From Solirubrobacteraceae bacterium (GTDB lineage: Bacteria; Actinomycetota; Thermoleophilia; Solirubrobacterales; Solirubrobacteraceae): a DNA stretch of 56,793 nucleotides. The position numbers and the translations under genes are program-made. The stretch covers positions 1 through 56,793 of the forward strand of contig DATCPD010000254.1 of NCBI GenBank assembly GCA_036564325.1, given 5' to 3'. Below are positions 18,501 through 27,136 of this stretch, one piece after another. A model generated the notes under the pieces. The model was not told the origin of the DNA and made no database searches. It saw only the letters and a list, made by a program, of their open reading frames with translations. Within the stretch, counting starts at the first letter, position 1, and each line of letters begins with the position of its first letter.

Positions 18501-20243
18501 ACGCTGATCGTCGCCACGGGGCGCAACCTGGTCAGCCTGGACGTGCGGACGATGCGCGTGCGGCATCTGTTCACGGCCCCATTTCCGATCTATCAGGTCG
18601 CCGGGGCACCCGGACGGTTTCTGGCCATCGCGGATAACGACACCGTCGGCGTCGTCGACCTGCGCCGGCGCCATCTGCGCGTGATCGCGCACGGCGACGC
18701 AAGCGTCAACATCGTGAACGGCATGATGTCGGCGTCTGGAGACGTCCTGCTTCTCGCCTCGACTGGGCAGAGCCGGGGCCGCGGGGATCTGTTCCCCGGC
18801 CTGACCGCTCTGAATGTCCGCACTGGCAGGCGACGCACCGTCACTCTGGCGAGGCCTCCCGATCTCGCCGCTGTGAACTTCCTCAGGGTTTCACCCGACC
18901 GTCGGACATGGTTCATCACCGGGGCCGACATAAATGCGAACAACAACGGTCAGGTCGCGACTACCTGGGCGGTCGATCCGCGGTCCGGACGGGTCCGCTG
19001 GGTCGCGAGCGGGCCCCGTGGGGGTCTGGCGAGCCCGGTTCAGGCCTCGCCAGACAGCCGGCTGGTGGCGGTCGGGTACAGCACGGGCGCAGCAGATGTG
19101 CTGGACGTCGCCACCGGACGCCTCGTCGTGCGCGACACGAGCAGCAGCAGCATTGCCGCGGGTGACCTGGCTTTTCCGACCGGAGACAACCCGCTGGTGA
19201 CGGTCTCGCTGGACGGCGTGTTCCGGACCTGGGCCACGCGAGGCACTGAGCAGTTGCGGTTGCAGGCACCCCCTGACCCGGCTGTGGACTTCACCCCCGA
19301 CAGCCGGGATGTGGTGCTGGTGGGCGCGCGTGGCGAAATCGTCGACCGGCGCACTGGTCAGGTCGTGCGCAGGTTCCCGGGATTCCCGGCGGGGAGCGTC
19401 TTCAACACCTGCAACTCCGCATGCTTTGCGGCCTCCCCCGGACTGCGCTGGCTCACTTACCTGGATCCGCGATCGACGAGTCCCCGGATTGTGGAGATCG
19501 AGGGTCGAAGCGGCCGCTCGGTCGCAGCGGTGACCGTTCCGCGCCTGGACGCACAGGGAGTCGCCCTTGACGGCCGGATCGTGGCCGCGTACGTCGACGG
19601 TCACCAACTGTTCGCCCGGCTGATCGATCCGCATTCGGGCCGGGTGCGGGAGCTGGCGCCCGGTGAGAGCAGCGCCGGTTGCGCCGCAAGCACCCCGTCC
19701 TTCACGCCGGACGGCCGCTTGATGGCGATCGTCGACAGCTGCATACACCTCGTCGTCTGGGACCTGCGAAGCGGGCGGGTGAAGCGGACGGTCGTGTTGC
19801 CCGACCGGGCGAGCGGGTCCGGCGCCCGCCTGTCACCTGACGGCCGGTACGCCCTCGTGACCGTGCTGGGAGGCGCCTTCGTGCGGGTTGATCTCGTCTC
19901 CGGGAAGACCGTCGAGGTGCCTGGGGCACAGGCGGAGGGCAACGTGCTCGCGATCTCACCCGACGACCGCTTCTATGCGATCGGCCGTCAGGACGGGACG
20001 GTCGACGTGTACGACGCACGATCGTTGCGACTCGTACGCCACCACACGCTCGTCAATCCGATCGAGACGCTCGTCTTCTCGCCCGACAGCCTCGAGCTCG
20101 CGGTGGAGGACACGAGCAACGTCGTGCGGCTCTGGGACACCTGCGCGGTGTGCGAGAACGCGGAGCGCCTATCCCAGCTAGCTGCCAGGCAAACCGTGCG
20201 AGACCTCACCCCCGGCGAGCGAGCGACGTTCAACGTCAAGTAG
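15519..20243 (+). CDS. Ser/Thr kinase - class III nucleotidyl cyclase - STAND (nSTAND1-like) NTPase - TM - WD40/beta-propeller protein
   Basis: Kinase GSGGEA/ALK/HGDVKPAN/DFG/APE; cyclase SDIEGST/GDS/GLHTGE/NLAAR; CPYRGL..FFGRE, Walker A GASGSGKS, Walker B VVDQFEE; TM ALIGSAGLLVAALALLVFALV; repeated SPDG-type blades. Confidence 0.9.
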   Translation: MSEATDTRVVVLRDRYELLETLGSGGEARVVKALDRQHARLVALKMRPVGTDQGRDDVLREARVLFGLTPHPSLPLVREDFFDGDQYVIVMDWVDGTDLSRLLRDTGTPGLPLSSVLAYLAEAAEALTFLHTHDPPIIHGDVKPANLILTRGGHVKLVDFGLSSTLGMGGERRGTAGFRAPELQAGGPPSRASDVYALAATAFALLTGAPPGGTPPTWERLDAGQTVRLEAAVAAGLAADPAHRPATPGELVERLRSGWASTLPTGVMTFCMSDIEGSTKLWESQPVAMAEALVRHDELIAGVMEAHGGRFLKSMGEGDSTTSVFESAMQAVRAAIEATRALADQTSPDGAPIRARFGLHTGEGQKRGDAYYGPSINLAARVRGEAGGGEILLSQTTAELVSGNLPAGYAIVDLGFHNLKGIHRPAALKALIGPGLATVPSAAECPYRGLLAFRPRDRHLFFGREEVVAEVLARVAPARLLAVVGASGSGKSSLLRAGVLAAVEAGELPAVHAARLITPGAQPPLDLGDDEAELLVVDQFEELYTQCHDAELRARFIECLVSRKGPVVIGVRADFYGEMSTDAELANAVAQNQVLLGPMRDNDLRRAICEPARVAGLRLEPGLIDLVLRDVAGEPGALPLMSHALRETWERRDGRALTVKAYHRSGGVSSAVARTADAVVEATPESDRPLLRNVFLRLTEIGHDVEDTRRRVRVEELVPQGTSADTVRTLLGRLAEARLVALDKGTAEVAHEVLIRRWPTLRRWLEEDREGIRLHRRLSDAARLWDATGREPADLYRGTRLDAAVEWARADGASLNETERAFLNASVDESTESQHRQLTANRRLRRALIGSAGLLVAALALLVFALVSRHAAVGAEASARSQALATEAQGQVARDPQRALLLARAALAAAPTPGAELAASEALDANTVRSQLPSFGAQGCLTANFLFLFDRGRIAADNTCDGYVVFGDLVRKRIVNRVRVGPSSTDMILGPGGRTLIVATGRNLVSLDVRTMRVRHLFTAPFPIYQVAGAPGRFLAIADNDTVGVVDLRRRHLRVIAHGDASVNIVNGMMSASGDVLLLASTGQSRGRGDLFPGLTALNVRTGRRRTVTLARPPDLAAVNFLRVSPDRRTWFITGADINANNNGQVATTWAVDPRSGRVRWVASGPRGGLASPVQASPDSRLVAVGYSTGAADVLDVATGRLVVRDTSSSSIAAGDLAFPTGDNPLVTVSLDGVFRTWATRGTEQLRLQAPPDPAVDFTPDSRDVVLVGARGEIVDRRTGQVVRRFPGFPAGSVFNTCNSACFAASPGLRWLTYLDPRSTSPRIVEIEGRSGRSVAAVTVPRLDAQGVALDGRIVAAYVDGHQLFARLIDPHSGRVRELAPGESSAGCAASTPSFTPDGRLMAIVDSCIHLVVWDLRSGRVKRTVVLPDRASGSGARLSPDGRYALVTVLGGAFVRVDLVSGKTVEVPGAQAEGNVLAISPDDRFYAIGRQDGTVDVYDARSLRLVRHHTLVNPIETLVFSPDSLELAVEDTSNVVRLWDTCAVCENAERLSQLAARQTVRDLTPGERATFNVK

Positions 20244-20260
20244 CCGGACGCGAAACGCCG

Positions 20261-21808
20261 TCAGCCGCGTCGGATCGTGTAGCTCAGCTGGTAATTGCCC
20301 TGGCCCTCGTTGCCGTTGCCGAGGTCGATCGGCCCGGACCCGGGGAATCGTTGAGTGACCGCGACCCCGGTCGAGACGTGGTTACCAACGGCCGCGCCAA
20401 CGCTGCGGTAGGTGTCGAGGACCGTGCCGGTGTCGTCGTTGCCGAACACGTCGAGAATGTTGGGGTTCTGTTCGTCGGTATTCGCCGGGCAGGGGTACAG
20501 CAGGTTGGCGAAGACCCCGAGGATGACCTTGCCCGCCGGCTCGTCGCACTCGCGCCCCGCGACCTGCAGCCAGACCCCCGCGCGGTGGGGAACGTAGATT
20601 TTCACCGTCCGGTTGAGCGCAATCCGCTCACCATCGGTGACGTGGGTCGTGAGCTTCGGGGCCCACTGGTTGAGCAGCGCCCAGTACCCATTCAGATCGA
20701 GATACAGGGCCCAGTGGGCGCCGGAGGGGTCAGCCACCGCGGGATTCGGATCGGCGCGCTTGATCAGGATCGACTTCAGCGTCACCTTCACCAGGTCGGG
20801 CCGATGCGGCGACAGATCGCGTTCCTCGCGCTCGCGGAGGCGCGGAGGCGTGCTCCACCACGCAAAGAAGCTCTTGCCGTAATTCACCTGATGGCCGCTG
20901 CCGCGCAGCGTCACCGTGACATCGAGCCCGCGCGCGGTCTTGCGGACGCTCTGCCGACCCGAGCCGCCACCGATCCGATTGACGACCCGGAATAGCAGCC
21001 GCGCGCCGGCCGATGGCCTCGCCGGGGCGGGAACGAAGACGTGGTAGCTCCTAGCCAGCGGCTGAAGCCGGTTCGCGGCACTGGTCGCGCACGGCTTGAA
21101 ACCAGCGTCGTAGCTGCCAGTCGTCAGCGGATGATGGCTCAGCGAGCACTGCTCGATCGCGTGCGCGGCATCCCCCTGGTTGGACACGAACACATCCGTC
21201 TGGCTCTCCCCGCGCGCAGACAGATACGGGGCGCGGCGGTTCACGGCGATCGCGCTCAGAGGATGGAGTTCAGAGTGCTCGCCGGTCGTGACGTTGGAGG
21301 TGTTGTTCTCTCCCGACTGCCAGTGTCCGCAGTCCCATATCCATGAGCCCCAAACCGTCGCCCGGTCGCCGTCCGTGGGCCAAGCGAACACGGGCAAGGT
21401 GGCGCTTTCCCACTCGAAGTGCAGCCGCCCCTGCTCCTCCCCGCCGCCGGGCGCGTAGTTGCTCGTGTGAAGCGTGCGGCTCCCGGCGATCAGGAAGCGG
21501 TACTGCGGATCGGGCACGAGGTTCGCGTTGAAGTCGAACGAGCGGTGCTCCAGAATCGCGTCCTGAAGCGAGGCGTGCGCGACGCGCACGACCCCCGTCG
21601 CCTTCCGGATCGCGGGACTGCGGTAGACGTAGACCCACTCGGGTGAGGTGTCGAACCCGATCTCTAAATTGGAGCGCTGGCACCCGTCCCGGGCCGGCTG
21701 GTCGGCCGCCGACGGTTGCGGGGGGTTCGCCGCTTGCGCGGGCACAGCACAGACCACAGCCGCCGCCACCAGACCCATCGTGACAGCGGCCCTTCTCACG
21801 AGGTTCAC
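20261..21808 (-). CDS. Secreted hypothetical protein
   Basis: Signal peptide ending AVPAQA; several Cys; GTG 21808 lies 7 nt after a TAGGGT -10 (leaderless). Confidence 0.75.
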   Translation of the reverse strand: MNLVRRAAVTMGLVAAAVVCAVPAQAANPPQPSAADQPARDGCQRSNLEIGFDTSPEWVYVYRSPAIRKATGVVRVAHASLQDAILEHRSFDFNANLVPDPQYRFLIAGSRTLHTSNYAPGGGEEQGRLHFEWESATLPVFAWPTDGDRATVWGSWIWDCGHWQSGENNTSNVTTGEHSELHPLSAIAVNRRAPYLSARGESQTDVFVSNQGDAAHAIEQCSLSHHPLTTGSYDAGFKPCATSAANRLQPLARSYHVFVPAPARPSAGARLLFRVVNRIGGGSGRQSVRKTARGLDVTVTLRGSGHQVNYGKSFFAWWSTPPRLREREERDLSPHRPDLVKVTLKSILIKRADPNPAVADPSGAHWALYLDLNGYWALLNQWAPKLTTHVTDGERIALNRTVKIYVPHRAGVWLQVAGRECDEPAGKVILGVFANLLYPCPANTDEQNPNILDVFGNDDTGTVLDTYRSVGAAVGNHVSTGVAVTQRFPGSGPIDLGNGNEGQGNYQLSYTIRRG

Positions 21809-21925
21809 ATCTAACACCCTATGCCCCTGGTCGGCGCGTGTCCAGGTTTCGCCGCCCAGGTCCCCAACCCAGGGCCCTTGCGATGCCTGCCCGCTGACCA
21901 GCGAGCTAGCGCCGCCGATTACCGG

Positions 21926-22297
21926 TCAGGCGTCGCGGATGATGCGCAGGATCACCGCGCGCGTTGTGTGGCTCGCTGCCTCGAGGACCGCCGTCAGCTC
22001 CTCCTCACGCAGCTCCTCCGCGGCCTCTACCTCCACGATCAGAGGTTCCGTTCCCTCGCCCGCATGAGTGATCACGCGGTGGACCTCGTCGGCCTGGCGC
22101 GTCAGCGCCTCTGGAGAGGGCACCGACAGCACGACCTGGCCGACGGTCGACGGCTCGAGCTTGCCCGCAGCGTCCGTCGGGCCGAGTTCGACGACGACCG
22201 CGCCGGTCGCGATGCTCGAAAGTGCCTGCCCGCTGAGCTGCCGGTGAACCGCGCTGCCGCGCGGGAGCTGGATGATCAGCGTCGGCTCGCTCGCCAC
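21926..22297 (-). CDS. Hypothetical protein
   Basis: 123-aa ORF with natural composition; TAGGGT -10 7 nt upstream of GTG. Confidence 0.7.
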   Translation of the reverse strand: MASEPTLIIQLPRGSAVHRQLSGQALSSIATGAVVVELGPTDAAGKLEPSTVGQVVLSVPSPEALTRQADEVHRVITHAGEGTEPLIVEVEAAEELREEELTAVLEAASHTTRAVILRIIRDA

Positions 22298-22327
22298 CTG
22301 CCGAACCCTATCGCGGGCGGCTCGCGA

Positions 22328-23116
22328 TCAACCGACCTCGTAGCGCGCCGGTACGTAGTTCTGGTCGCTCTGCGGCGGCCGGACGTAGGCCCGATTCTGG
22401 CGCGGGGGGAGTTTCAGCTTCTTGCGCGGAACTTCCTCATACGGGATCAGGCTGAGCAGATGCGCGATCAGGTTCAGCCGTAACGTCCGCTTGTCGTCGG
22501 CCTCGACCACGTACCACGGCGATTCCCGCGTGTCGGTGTAGGCGAACATCTCATCCTTGGCCTCCGCGTAATCGACCCAGCGCCGGCGCGCCTCGAGGTC
22601 CATGCCGCTGAGCTTCCACTGTTTCGCCGGGTCGTTCAGCCGCGCCTTGAACCGGCGCTCCTGCTCCTCGTCGCTGACCGAGAGCCAGTACTTGACGAGG
22701 ATCATGCCCGAGCGCAGCAGGTCCCGCTCGAACTGCGGGCAGGTCCGCATGAAGTCCTCGTAATCGTCCTGTGTGCAGAAGCCCATGACGTGTTCGACAC
22801 CGGCACGGTTGTACCAACTGCGGTCGAACAGCACCATCTCCCCCGCGGCCGGCAGATGCGCGACGTAGCGCTGGAAGTACCACTGCGTCCGCTCGCGCTC
22901 GGTCGGCGTCCCCAGGGCCACGGTCCGCACCACGCGCGGGTTCGTCTTCTCGGTGATCCGTTTGATCGTCCCGCCCTTGCCGGCGGTGTCCCGTCCCTCG
23001 AACAGGACTACAACCTTCAGGCCCTTGTGGACGACCCAGTCCTGGAGACGCACGAGCTCCACCTGCAGACGTGCGAGCTCCTTTTCATAACCGCGTTTGT
23101 CGAGCGGGCGGGGCAG
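22328..23116 (-). CDS. ppk2: Polyphosphate kinase 2
   Basis: FEGRDTAGKGGTI, QWYFQRY, FDRSWYNR, KQWKLS; start inferred at CTG 23116 (see findings). Confidence 0.92.
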   Translation of the reverse strand: MPRPLDKRGYEKELARLQVELVRLQDWVVHKGLKVVVLFEGRDTAGKGGTIKRITEKTNPRVVRTVALGTPTERERTQWYFQRYVAHLPAAGEMVLFDRSWYNRAGVEHVMGFCTQDDYEDFMRTCPQFERDLLRSGMILVKYWLSVSDEEQERRFKARLNDPAKQWKLSGMDLEARRRWVDYAEAKDEMFAYTDTRESPWYVVEADDKRTLRLNLIAHLLSLIPYEEVPRKKLKLPPRQNRAYVRPPQSDQNYVPARYEVG

Positions 23117-23118
23117 CG

Positions 23119-25050
23119 CTACTTGACCGCCTCCGCCTGCAGCTCGTCGTCGAGCTTCTCGGCCGCCGACGGCTCGTGCTCTGGAATCATCGGGCCGTCG
23201 CCGGCCGGATCGACGACGTCGCGCTCGAAGAACTCGTAACGGCCCTCGAGCACGGATTGCGCGGCCTTGTATTGGTCGTCGTCGTTGTTGGCCCACAGCT
23301 CGTGGAACAGCCGGTCGGCCCGGTCCCGTGCCTGAGCGCAGAACAGGTCGGCCAGCTCGTAGACCGCGTCCTTGTTCCCCGGATCCTCCTGCCCCAGCGT
23401 CGACGCGTAGGTGCAGGCACTGGCGATGGCGAACAGCTCGGCGCCGATGTCGACGATGCGCCCCAGCAGCGCGCCCTTCTGCTCGAGCTTGGCCTGGTAG
23501 CGGCCCATGGCGTAGAACGTCGAGCGCGCCAGCTTGCGCGAGGAGCGCTCGGCGTAGCGCAGGTGCTTCGCCAGGTCGCCGAACTCGTCGAACGACGTCC
23601 GGCTCTGGCCCTTGCCGACGGTCAGCGAGGGGAACCACTTGGCGTAGAAGGCGCCGGCCTTGACCGCGAGCTTGGCCTTCTCACCGATGCCGCCGTCGCC
23701 GAGCAGGATGTCGCCGGCCACGCTCAGGTGCTGGTCGAGGGCCTCGCGGGCGATCATCAGGTGCATGATCTCCGTGGAGCCCTCGAAGATGCGGTTGATG
23801 CGCATGTCGCGCAGCATCTGCTCGGCCGGCACCGGCTTCTCGCCGCGGGCGGCCAGCGACTTCGCCGTCTCATATCCACGTCCGCCGCGGACCTGAACCA
23901 TGGTGTCGACGGCCTCCCACGCCCGCTCCGATCCATAGAGCTTGGCGATCGCCGCCTCGATGCGGAAATCACGCTGCTTGTCGTCAGCCAGACGCGAGGA
24001 AACGTCGACCAGCGCCTCCAGCCCGAACGCCGTGCCGGCGATGAACGCGATCTTCTGCGCCACGGGGTCGTGTTTGCCGAGGGGCTGGCCCCATTGCTTG
24101 CGCTCGTTGGCCCACTGACGCACGATCTTCAATGAGTACTTGGTGGCGCCGGCGCAGATGGCCGGGAGCGAGAGGCGGCCCGTGTTGAGCGTCCCGAGGG
24201 CGATCTTCAGCCCCCTGCCCTCGCCGGCGATCACGTTCTCCCTGGGGACGTAGACGTCCTTGAACACCGTGACCGAGTTCTCGAGACCGCGCAGGCCCAT
24301 GAACTCGTTGCGGTGGGTGACCGTGATCCCCTCGGTGTCCATCGGACAGATGAACGCCGTGATGCCGCCCTTGGAGCCCTCGGCCTTGGGCACTACCGCC
24401 ATGACCACGACGACATCGGCGATGTAGCCGTTCGTCGCCCACAGCTTCGTCCCGTTGATCGTGTAGCCCGAGCCGTCCTCGGTCGGGACAGCCGTCGCCG
24501 ACATGCGGGCGGGGTCCGAGCCGACGTCGGGTTCGGTGAGCAGGAAGGCGGAAATGTGATCCTTCGCCACCTTGGGCAGCCATTCGCGCTTCTGCGCCTC
24601 GGAGCCGTAGGTCTTGAGCGGCTCGGGCAGACCAATCGACTGGTGCGCCGAGAGCAGCGTTGAGATCGCCGCGTGCCAGGTGCCGGCCAGCGCGAGCGCC
24701 CGGTTGTAATACACCTGCGTGAGACCGAGGCCGCCGTACTCCTTGGGGATCTTCATGCCCAGAGCGCCGAGGTCCTTGAGACCCTGGATCACGTCGTCGC
24801 CGAGCTTTGCGTTCTCCTCGATCTCCAGCGGATCGACCCGCTCGGTCAGAAAAGCGCGCAGACGGCCCAGGAATTCCTCGCCGTCCCGCACGCGCTCGGG
24901 GTCGACCTTGGGCTGTGGGTGGATCAGCTCAAGCTGAAAATTCCCGAGATACATCTCGCGGCCAAAGCTCGGCTGCTTCCAGTCGGCCTCCCGGCTTTCT
25001 TCGGCAACCTGCTTTGACTGCTCGTATGAAGGATTAGTTGTTGAGGCCAT
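23119..25050 (-). CDS. Acyl-CoA dehydrogenase (long, FadE10-like)
   Basis: FLLTEPDVGSD, NGTKLWATNG, QVRGGRGYE, RINRIFEGSTEI. Confidence 0.93.
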   Translation of the reverse strand: MASTTNPSYEQSKQVAEESREADWKQPSFGREMYLGNFQLELIHPQPKVDPERVRDGEEFLGRLRAFLTERVDPLEIEENAKLGDDVIQGLKDLGALGMKIPKEYGGLGLTQVYYNRALALAGTWHAAISTLLSAHQSIGLPEPLKTYGSEAQKREWLPKVAKDHISAFLLTEPDVGSDPARMSATAVPTEDGSGYTINGTKLWATNGYIADVVVVMAVVPKAEGSKGGITAFICPMDTEGITVTHRNEFMGLRGLENSVTVFKDVYVPRENVIAGEGRGLKIALGTLNTGRLSLPAICAGATKYSLKIVRQWANERKQWGQPLGKHDPVAQKIAFIAGTAFGLEALVDVSSRLADDKQRDFRIEAAIAKLYGSERAWEAVDTMVQVRGGRGYETAKSLAARGEKPVPAEQMLRDMRINRIFEGSTEIMHLMIAREALDQHLSVAGDILLGDGGIGEKAKLAVKAGAFYAKWFPSLTVGKGQSRTSFDEFGDLAKHLRYAERSSRKLARSTFYAMGRYQAKLEQKGALLGRIVDIGAELFAIASACTYASTLGQEDPGNKDAVYELADLFCAQARDRADRLFHELWANNDDDQYKAAQSVLEGRYEFFERDVVDPAGDGPMIPEHEPSAAEKLDDELQAEAVK

Positions 25051-25273
25051 GGACACAGTCTTACCCATCCAGCAACCTTGTCACCTGCCGACCGGCTGAG
25101 CCGCGGTCATGCACGTGCGCGCTGTTACGATTCGTTGATTAGCGGTGCGCTACGACTCGACCGAGGGAGTAAGCGGCTGCTTGTTGGGTCCTGGACGCTG
25201 AGGCCGACGACGTGCGGCTGGCGTGTTCGCCTTACCGTACAGAGGCCCGCTCTACGGAAGGCTGTGGCCCAGC

Positions 25274-27136
25274 ATGGACAACGAAGTCCTGTCCGACGTC
25301 CTGAGCGAGTTCGCCAGAACGATGGTGACGGACTTTCCGATCCAGGGGATCCTCGATCATCTGGTGAAGCGGATCGTGGATGTGATGCCGATCAGCGGGG
25401 CCGGCGTCTCCCTGATCTCCCAGGACCTTGACCCCCGCTACATCGCGGCATCGGACGACGTCGCCCTGCGCTTTGAGCAGCTCCAGAGCGAGTTGAACGA
25501 AGGTCCATGTGTGGCGGCCTACCAGACCGGCGAGGCGGTCTCGGTCCCGGACGTGGCCACCGACGCGCGATTCCCCAGGTTCGGACCGCGAGCCTCGGCC
25601 GCCGGCCTGTCCGGCGTGTTCACCTTTCCCTTGCGTCACGGTGATCTGCGACTCGGGGCATTGGATCTGTACTGCGACTCTGTCGGTCCGCTGACGCCGG
25701 CCTCCATGGTCGGAGCCCAGACGCTCGCCGACGTCGCCGCTGCCTACCTGATCAACGCTCAGGCGCGATCGGACCTGCAGGACTCCTCCGACCGGTCTCG
25801 CACCGCCGCCCTCCACGACCCCCTGACCGGGCTGCCGAACCGGGCGCTCCTGATCGAGCGCCTGGAACATGCATTTCTCCGGGGGCGTCGCTCGGGCCAC
25901 ACGATCGCCCTGTTCTTCGTCGATCTGGACGACTTCAAGGCCATCAACGACACCTACGGCCACCAGGTCGGCGACGAACTGCTGGCGGCGGTCGGATCGC
26001 GGTTGGCTGCGGTGCTGCGGCCAGGCGACAGCCTGGCGAGGCTGTCCGGTGACGAATTCGTGGTTCTCTGCGAGGACCTGGAGGACCCCGGCCAAGGCGA
26101 GGCGATCTCAGCTCGCCTTCGGGACGCCCTGAGCCCAACCTTTTCCCTGTCCGGTGAAGAGGTGAACGTGAATGCCAGCATCGGTATCGCACTCGGTGGC
26201 CTCGGCGACATGGCGCCCGCAGAACTGATCCACGCCGCGGATCTTGCGATGTACCGCGGCAAACGCGAGCGACGGGGGCCCCACCAGGTCCTCGACCTAT
26301 CCGCCGACCACCTTGCCGGGTACTACGCTGAGCTCGCGCGGGACCTACCCGCGGCATCGGGACGGGGCGAGCTGCACCTCGCCTACCAGCCGATCGTCGA
26401 CACAGCGGATGGCCACCTGACTCGTGTCGAGGCGCTGCTGCGCTGGGACCATCCGTCGAGCGGGTCGGTGCCTCCTCCGGTGTTCATACCGTTTGCCGAG
26501 CACTCCGGTCAGATCATCGAACTCGGGCGATGGGTACTCGAACAGGCGTTGAGCGACCGCGGGCAGTGGCAGCGCTATCGCGATGAGCCGATTGCCGTGT
26601 CGGTCAACGTGTCAGCGCAGGAGGTCATGTCAGCCGGTTTCGCCTCCAGAGTGGCCTCCGTGCTCGGGGCCACGTCCGTCGACCCCGGGCTGCTGACCCT
26701 GGAGGTGACCGAAGGCGTGTTTGGCCGCGACAAGGAGCGCGCGCTGACAGTGTTCGACGCACTGAAGGCCGAGGGCGTGAACCTCGCTCTCGACGATTAC
26801 GGCACCGGCTACTCGTCGCTCAGAGAGCTCAAGACACTTCCGATCGACACGATCAAGATCGACCGAAGCTTCATCGCGAGTCTAAGTGATGACCCGGCAG
26901 GGCACAGCATCCTGACGGCGATCGTCCAGCTCGCTCACGGATTCGGGCTGACGGTCGTCGCCGAGGGCGTCGAGACGGCGGCCCAGCATCAGCAGCTGAC
27001 CTCGCTGGGGTCTGATGAGTGCCAAGGCTTCTATTTCGCTCACCCGATGCCGGCGCTCACGTTCGAGTCACTGATTCGACACGGTGAGGCCGGTCGGCCC
27101 CTGCTTCTGCCGATCGCCGGCGACGGCCGGAGCTAG
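25274..27136 (+). CDS. GAF-GGDEF-EAL diguanylate cyclase/phosphodiesterase
   Basis: GAF (EGPCVAAY), RPGD I-site + SGDEF, EALLRW, LDDYGTGYSS. Confidence 0.92.
   Translation: MDNEVLSDVLSEFARTMVTDFPIQGILDHLVKRIVDVMPISGAGVSLISQDLDPRYIAASDDVALRFEQLQSELNEGPCVAAYQTGEAVSVPDVATDARFPRFGPRASAAGLSGVFTFPLRHGDLRLGALDLYCDSVGPLTPASMVGAQTLADVAAAYLINAQARSDLQDSSDRSRTAALHDPLTGLPNRALLIERLEHAFLRGRRSGHTIALFFVDLDDFKAINDTYGHQVGDELLAAVGSRLAAVLRPGDSLARLSGDEFVVLCEDLEDPGQGEAISARLRDALSPTFSLSGEEVNVNASIGIALGGLGDMAPAELIHAADLAMYRGKRERRGPHQVLDLSADHLAGYYAELARDLPAASGRGELHLAYQPIVDTADGHLTRVEALLRWDHPSSGSVPPPVFIPFAEHSGQIIELGRWVLEQALSDRGQWQRYRDEPIAVSVNVSAQEVMSAGFASRVASVLGATSVDPGLLTLEVTEGVFGRDKERALTVFDALKAEGVNLALDDYGTGYSSLRELKTLPIDTIKIDRSFIASLSDDPAGHSILTAIVQLAHGFGLTVVAEGVETAAQHQQLTSLGSDECQGFYFAHPMPALTFESLIRHGEAGRPLLLPIAGDGRS

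Noticed and set aside
23117-23638. Apparent 170-aa N-terminal extension of PPK2 in the ORF track
   Set aside because: It is an alternative frame inside the acyl-CoA dehydrogenase gene with Arg/Gly/Ala-rich junk composition
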